Assembly (NCBI GenBank): GCA_950097015.1
Contig: CATNEN010000008.1
Coordinates: forward strand, 620,001 to 684,000
Reading direction: 5' to 3'
Source of the DNA: Macrostomum hystrix
Lineage: Eukaryota > Animalia > Platyhelminthes
Length of the DNA stretch: 64,000 nucleotides
The notes beneath the pieces were generated by a model that was not told where the DNA came from, ran no database searches, and saw nothing but the letters and a program-made list of their open reading frames with translations. The translations under genes and the position numbers were made by a program. Every line of letters starts with the position of its first letter. Position 1 is the first letter of the stretch. Shown piece after piece: positions 58,424 to 64,000 of the stretch.

Positions 58424-61400
58424 CTGTAATTTTTAAGTGGATTGCTGTGATTATGTGAATACATTATTAGTTAATTAATGTCTGGTAGGCCTCATACATT
58501 TAAATAGATATTACATTAATGTAAAGAGGAAGAACTTGTATAGATATAATGTGTGGTAGCAAATAGAACTTGATGAGTATTATGTTAACTGAAAATCAAC
58601 TGCCATATTTTTTATATACTTCTAACATGTGTCTTCCTAGTATTTAAATGGACAAGACAAAGTAGGATATATTAATAAAATATTGTTAAGCACAAAATAA
58701 ATAGAATTATTCCAATTTTGCAAAAAAGTACACATGATAAGAAAGGCTTTATGTGCTACTAATGTAAATCATTACACTTATTTCAATACACACTGAATAT
58801 AGCTAACAAGTGTTTTGATAGCTATTTAACAGTTTTAGTTAAACCTGTTATAAATAAGCTATTTACTATACTAGCAATTTACTATTTTCTAGTTTTTGGA
58901 TGGTCTCTTGTGCTCATTTAGAAATTAAAATAGTAAAAAGCCACAAAAGAATGCATAATAGATGTTCAAGTAAAAATGTATTACAAAAAAATTCACAGGA
59001 TCTTAGTTACCAGTTAGCTAAGTCAGCAACATGATATATAATGAAGTATATTAAGCCAGCTAGGCCTATCAGCAAATTATTTGACCATTGCTTCATTAAC
59101 AAGTCACTTTTTTTGCTCCCATGTCTAGAGGATTTGGCCTGACTCAATTATTTATGCAGATGCTTATCTCTGGCATTCACATTATGTAACATTTTCTGAG
59201 CAAACTTTCTTATCTCATCAATGACCTACTGCTCAGTAGCTACACTAGCATCATTTTGTTTTTGCTTTTCTAGCTAAGCTACTCAGCAGCTTTGGCCCAC
59301 TGTTTCTCAAGTTCTTTTTTTGTCTTGATCTCTGTTCTATTGCCCTAGGTCTAGCACAGCTACATAGCATATTCTTTAACTTTTGCAAGGGCAACAAAGG
59401 ATAAAGGATGAAACTATTTGTCAAAGCTATATTTAAATCAATATTTACCTTTTGAATTACTCTTGCTCCCTCTCCCCTAGCCAAGCTCATGCTACACCTT
59501 TCAACATTACTTTCTATATAGCCTAACTTATAATTACATACATGCCTAAATAATGCTATTCAGATAAATTTGTCACTCAATGTTTTTAAATAACCACTAC
59601 ACAAAATATTATTCTATCTACTTTGTCACACAAGGACTAGCAAGGATTACTAATTTCAAAATTGCCTGGTCTTATGTCACTTGCATTTAGCCAGGACTTT
59701 ATTGTTAAGAGGTTGTCTTATTTATATATTATATTTTTTAAGTTCCTTAAATTATTTCTTATTGTAACCATTTTTATTATAGCTATGCTAGCTAAATAAT
59801 AGTAGCCTAGCTATAGATAGCTAGCTGCCTAGCTAGGCCCTACTAGCTAGGCTATGCCTAACTCCTACTATGATGTAGGCTAAAAATTTAAAATGTATTA
59901 AATGAAGTTGGACCTTAAAAATCTATTGTCTAAAGCCATATAGAACTTATTTAATGCGAAATAATTATTTAATAACATATTTAGATTATTTGACGTCCGA
60001 ACATCATTGGCCACGACGCTACGTTTAAAGCCGTTTGGTCAACTTAAGGCCCTCAAGAGTACAGAAGCTTATGATCTGCGCCTGGGCCCTAACTGAAAGC
60101 TTGTTCATTAATTTTGGTTAGGCGAATTTGAAAATAATGATGTTCGGTAAAGCAAAAACTAGAAGCGATCAATCGATCAAGTAGAGGGACGGGCGGCAGA
60201 CTCACAACTTACGAGTCGCGCGATAAATAAAAAAGCAACGTGCAACCATGGCGTGGCCATTTTTACATATCTGAAGATTAACTGACCAAAAGCTAGCCGC
60301 ACCTCAGCCGCATCGATTTTGAAAGCAGCTTGGGCCAGCAATAAAACCTATCAAATTTTATTAAACTAATCAAAATTTTTCTGGGCCACACATTTCCAAT
60401 TAAGCCGGACATGTATGAAAAAAAAATGAGGTGATTAAACTCAGACCATATGCGGCTGGCATGCGGCTGACATGCGGCTGAGCTCTAGTGCTCTTGGTTT
60501 AAAAGGGAATCCTGGGCCATTTCATTTTCCTAAAACTGCAATAGAAATCTCATCTTTTAAGACAATGAGGCACATTTAATATTCTGTAATAAGCTTTTTA
60601 CAACTCTTCAAAGTTTCAAAAAATGCAACAGGGATCTACTTCGTGGCAGTTCTCACACAAAAGACGAAGGAAATCCTGGGCCAAGTTTTGGGCCAGAAAG
60701 CAAAGTCTTATAACTGGTGCATAATAAAAAACTGGCTCGATTCAATTTGTTGTTGCAAAGATATTCCGCTTTTAGTTTCCACCTTCCATAGTTTCTAAGC
60801 GGTTGTTTACGTTACGTAAAAGTGCGGTTTTTTAAGCCAGTGTCCTGCACGTGTATTAACAGAAAAGATCTATCGCTTCCTTCAAGCTAGTGAATGCATT
60901 ATGGAATAAAATGTATATTTATTGATTTAGTTAGTCTAAAATTCTGATTCTCAGAAACCATGATGCACTGCAGTAATGACTAGAACTAGTTATCAGAACA
61001 TAATTCATAATATATGTCAACTATCTAAATATTTAATTGAGTTCATTGACTTGACTTTAATTTAGTTCATTGAGTTTGAGTCTAATATTTAATTTTTAAG
61101 AAACAGTCTCGTAGTAATACCAACGGATATTACTAAAATTAAAGAAAATACTTTTTTGAAAGTTCATTCCTTCTTCTCATCATTGTCAAATTAAACAATT
61201 ATAAATATAGGCCTACTTTAGCTATGAAAATCTGTTTGATTTGCACTATCAATATTTACATATTGCATGCAATTAAGCCCATGCACTTATTTCCCAAGCT
61301 TGTACATTACAATACAAACAAGCTGGTGTGTACAAAAAGTGCATATGTAAATAATAAATGTTGTTACTTTTTATTTAGCCTATGATAGGTCATAGCTGAC

Positions 61401-61919
61401 TATTGGGAAACTCAGGCTTGATCCGTGACATTATTAGGCAAGAAACTTCAAAAGTTGCTAGGCCTAGTCCTAGAAGGTTTTGGGTTGGCTGTCAAGCTAG
61501 AAACTATTCTATTCTATTAATTCTTGTAGAACCAATCAATAAATTAAAGAAAGTTTACTATTTTTACATAGGATTTCTACAAGTATTTTAATTTTTGAAT
61601 CTGTCTCATCTATTATGTTTAGCTTCCATTTCTGTGCACAAATTACTGACTTTTAATTTTACTGTCAATATTTAGTGCCAATTATAGATATTAGGATATA
61701 TAAATTAGGCAAATACTATACCAAATAGTCATATACTAGCTATTTTCAAGTTGTTATATATATTAAACTGTGTTTGATATGTTCACCTTTATTTACTTAA
61801 TAGTCAATTGTATACTCAATCACTCATACCCAAAGGCTTGATTGCAAAGAATAACAAACATTCTTAAATTTCTTAACAAGAAACCACTTCTCTGTGTCCC
61901 TTTGTTTAGTCAGATAATG

Positions 61920-64000
61920 ACAATTAGCTAAACACAAAAAACACATAATTTCGTGTTTTTGTGTTTCTACCTAATAAGCATCCTTGTCATTTGTATGCAC
62001 AATCACAAGTAACTGAATGCTTGGCTTGATGCTCTCTTAATAAAAAATCATCCTCCTGAATCACTTTGTCGATGAGTTAAGGACAAATTAGCTAAACACA
62101 AAAAACACATAATTTCGTGTTTTTGTGTTTCTACCTAATAAGCATCCTTGTCATTTGTATGCACAATCACAAGTAACTGAATGCTTGGCTTGATGCTCTC
62201 TTAATAAAAAATCATCCTCCTGAATCACTTTGTCGATGAGTTAAGGACAAATTAGCTAAACACAAAAAACACATAATTTCGTGTTTTTGTGTTTCTACCT
62301 AATAAGCATCCTTGTCATTTGTATGCACAATCACAAGTAACTGAATGCTTGGCTTGATGCTCTCTTAATAAAAAATCATCCTCCTGAATCACTTTGTCGT
62401 TGAGTTAAGGACAAATTAGCTAAACACAAAAAACACATAATTTCGTGTTTTTGTGTTTCTACCTAATAAGCATCCTTGTCATTTGTATGCACAATCACAA
62501 GTAACTGAATGCTTGGCTTGATGCTCTCTTAATAAAAAATCATCCTCCTGAATCACTTTGTCCATGAGTTAAGGACAAATTAGCTAAACACAAAAACACG
62601 AAATTATGTGTTTTTTGTGTTTAGCTAATTTGTCCTTAACTCATCGACAAAGTGATTCAGGAGGATGATTTTTTATTAAGAGAGCATCAAGCCAAGCATT
62701 CAGTTACTTGTGATTGTGCATACAAATGACAAGGATGCTTATTAGGTAGAAAACACAAAAACACGAAATTATGTGTTTTATGTGTTTAGCTAATTTGTCC
62801 TTAACTCAACGACAAAGTGATTCAGGAGGATGATTTTTTATTAAGAGAGCATCAAGCCAAGCATTCAGTTACTTGTGATTGTGCATACAAATGACAAGGA
62901 TGCTTATTAGGTAGAAACACAAAAACACGAAATTATGTGTTTTTTGTGTTTAGCTAATTTGTCCTTAACTCAACGACAAAGTGATTCAGGAGGATGATTT
63001 TTTATTAAGAGAGCATCAAGCCAAGCATTCAGTTACTTGTGATTGTGCATACAAATGACAAGGATGCTTATTAGGTAGAAACACAAAAACACGAAATTAT
63101 GTGTTTTTTGTGTTTAGCTAATTTGTCCTTAACTCAACGACAAAGTGATTCAGGAGGATGATTTTTTATTAAGAGAGCATCAAGCCAAGCATTCAGTTAC
63201 TTGTGATTGTGCATACAAATGACAAGGATGCTTATTAGGTAGAAACACAAAAACACGAAATTATGTGTTTTTTGTGTTTAGCTAATTTGTCCTTAACTCA
63301 ACGACAAAGTGATTCAGGAGGATGATTTTTTATTAAGAGAGCATCAAGCCAAGCATTCAGTTACTTGTGATTGTGCATACAAATGACAAGGATGCTTATT
63401 AGGTAGAAACACAAAAACACGAAATTATGTGTTTTTTGTGTTTAGCTAATTTGTCCTTAACTCATGGACAAAGTGATTCAGGAGGATGATTTTTTATTAA
63501 GAGAGCATCAAGCCAAGCATTCAGTTACTTGTGATTGTGCATACAAATGACAAGGATGCTTATTAGGTAGAAACACAAAAACACGAAATTATGTGTTTTT
63601 TGTGTTTAGCTAATTTGTCCTTAACTCAACGACAAAGTGATTCAGGAGGATGATTTTTTATTAAGAGAGCATCAAGCCAAGCATTCAGTTACTTGTGATT
63701 GTGCATACAAATGACAAGGATGCTTATTAGGTAGAAACACAAAAACACGAAATTATGTGTTTTTTGTGTTTAGCTAATTTGTCCTTAACTCATGGACAAA
63801 GTGATTCAGGAGGATGATTTTTTATTAAGAGAGCATCAAGCCAAGCATTCAGTTACTTGTGATTGTGCATACAAATGACAAGGATGCTTATTAGGTAGAA
63901 ACACAAAAACACGAAATTATGTGTTTTTGTGTTTAGCTAATTTGTCCTTAACTCAACGACAAAGTGATTCAGGAGGATGATTTTTTATTAAGAGAGCATC
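61920..64000. repeat. 164-bp satellite, ~4 forward units (61922-62590) followed by at least 8 inverted units running off the window end
   Basis: Unit starts at 61922, 62086, 62250, 62414 and 62578. Orientation switches at about 62590-62607. Confidence 0.95.

Noticed and set aside
2372-58464. Numerous 60-170 aa antisense or alternate-frame ORFs overlapping the GC-rich exons
   Set aside because: These are shadow ORFs caused by stop-codon-poor GC-rich codon usage and show no recognisable motifs.

Overview
Eukaryotic (metazoan) genomic DNA with GC-rich spliceosomal exons and AT-rich introns packed with minisatellites. The style resembles the flatworm Macrostomum, but this is an inference. Eight host genes can be reconstructed: SNRNP200/Brr2 (-, 5' part only), DNAJB11 (-, first exon not located), a DCXR-like SDR (+), ANKRD63-like (-), VPS9D1-like (-), RPL13 (-), RPL36 (+) and a NuMA-like coiled-coil gene (-, about 1,480 codons). 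Mobile DNA includes a compact 4.36-kb Mag-like Ty3/Gypsy element with TSDs inserted in a 26/27-bp satellite and followed by two solo LTRs in a 922-bp higher-order repeat. There is also a Merlin-type non-autonomous element with 41-bp TIRs and an 8-bp TSD, three hAT MITEs carrying internal minisatellites, a mariner remnant and a tRNA-derived SINE family. About 17 tandem arrays are present. The window ends in a 164-bp satellite whose orientation flips at a hairpin inside its own unit. Most long ORFs in the supplied track are translations of tandem repeats. Splice sites were read by eye, and repeat boundaries are approximate.
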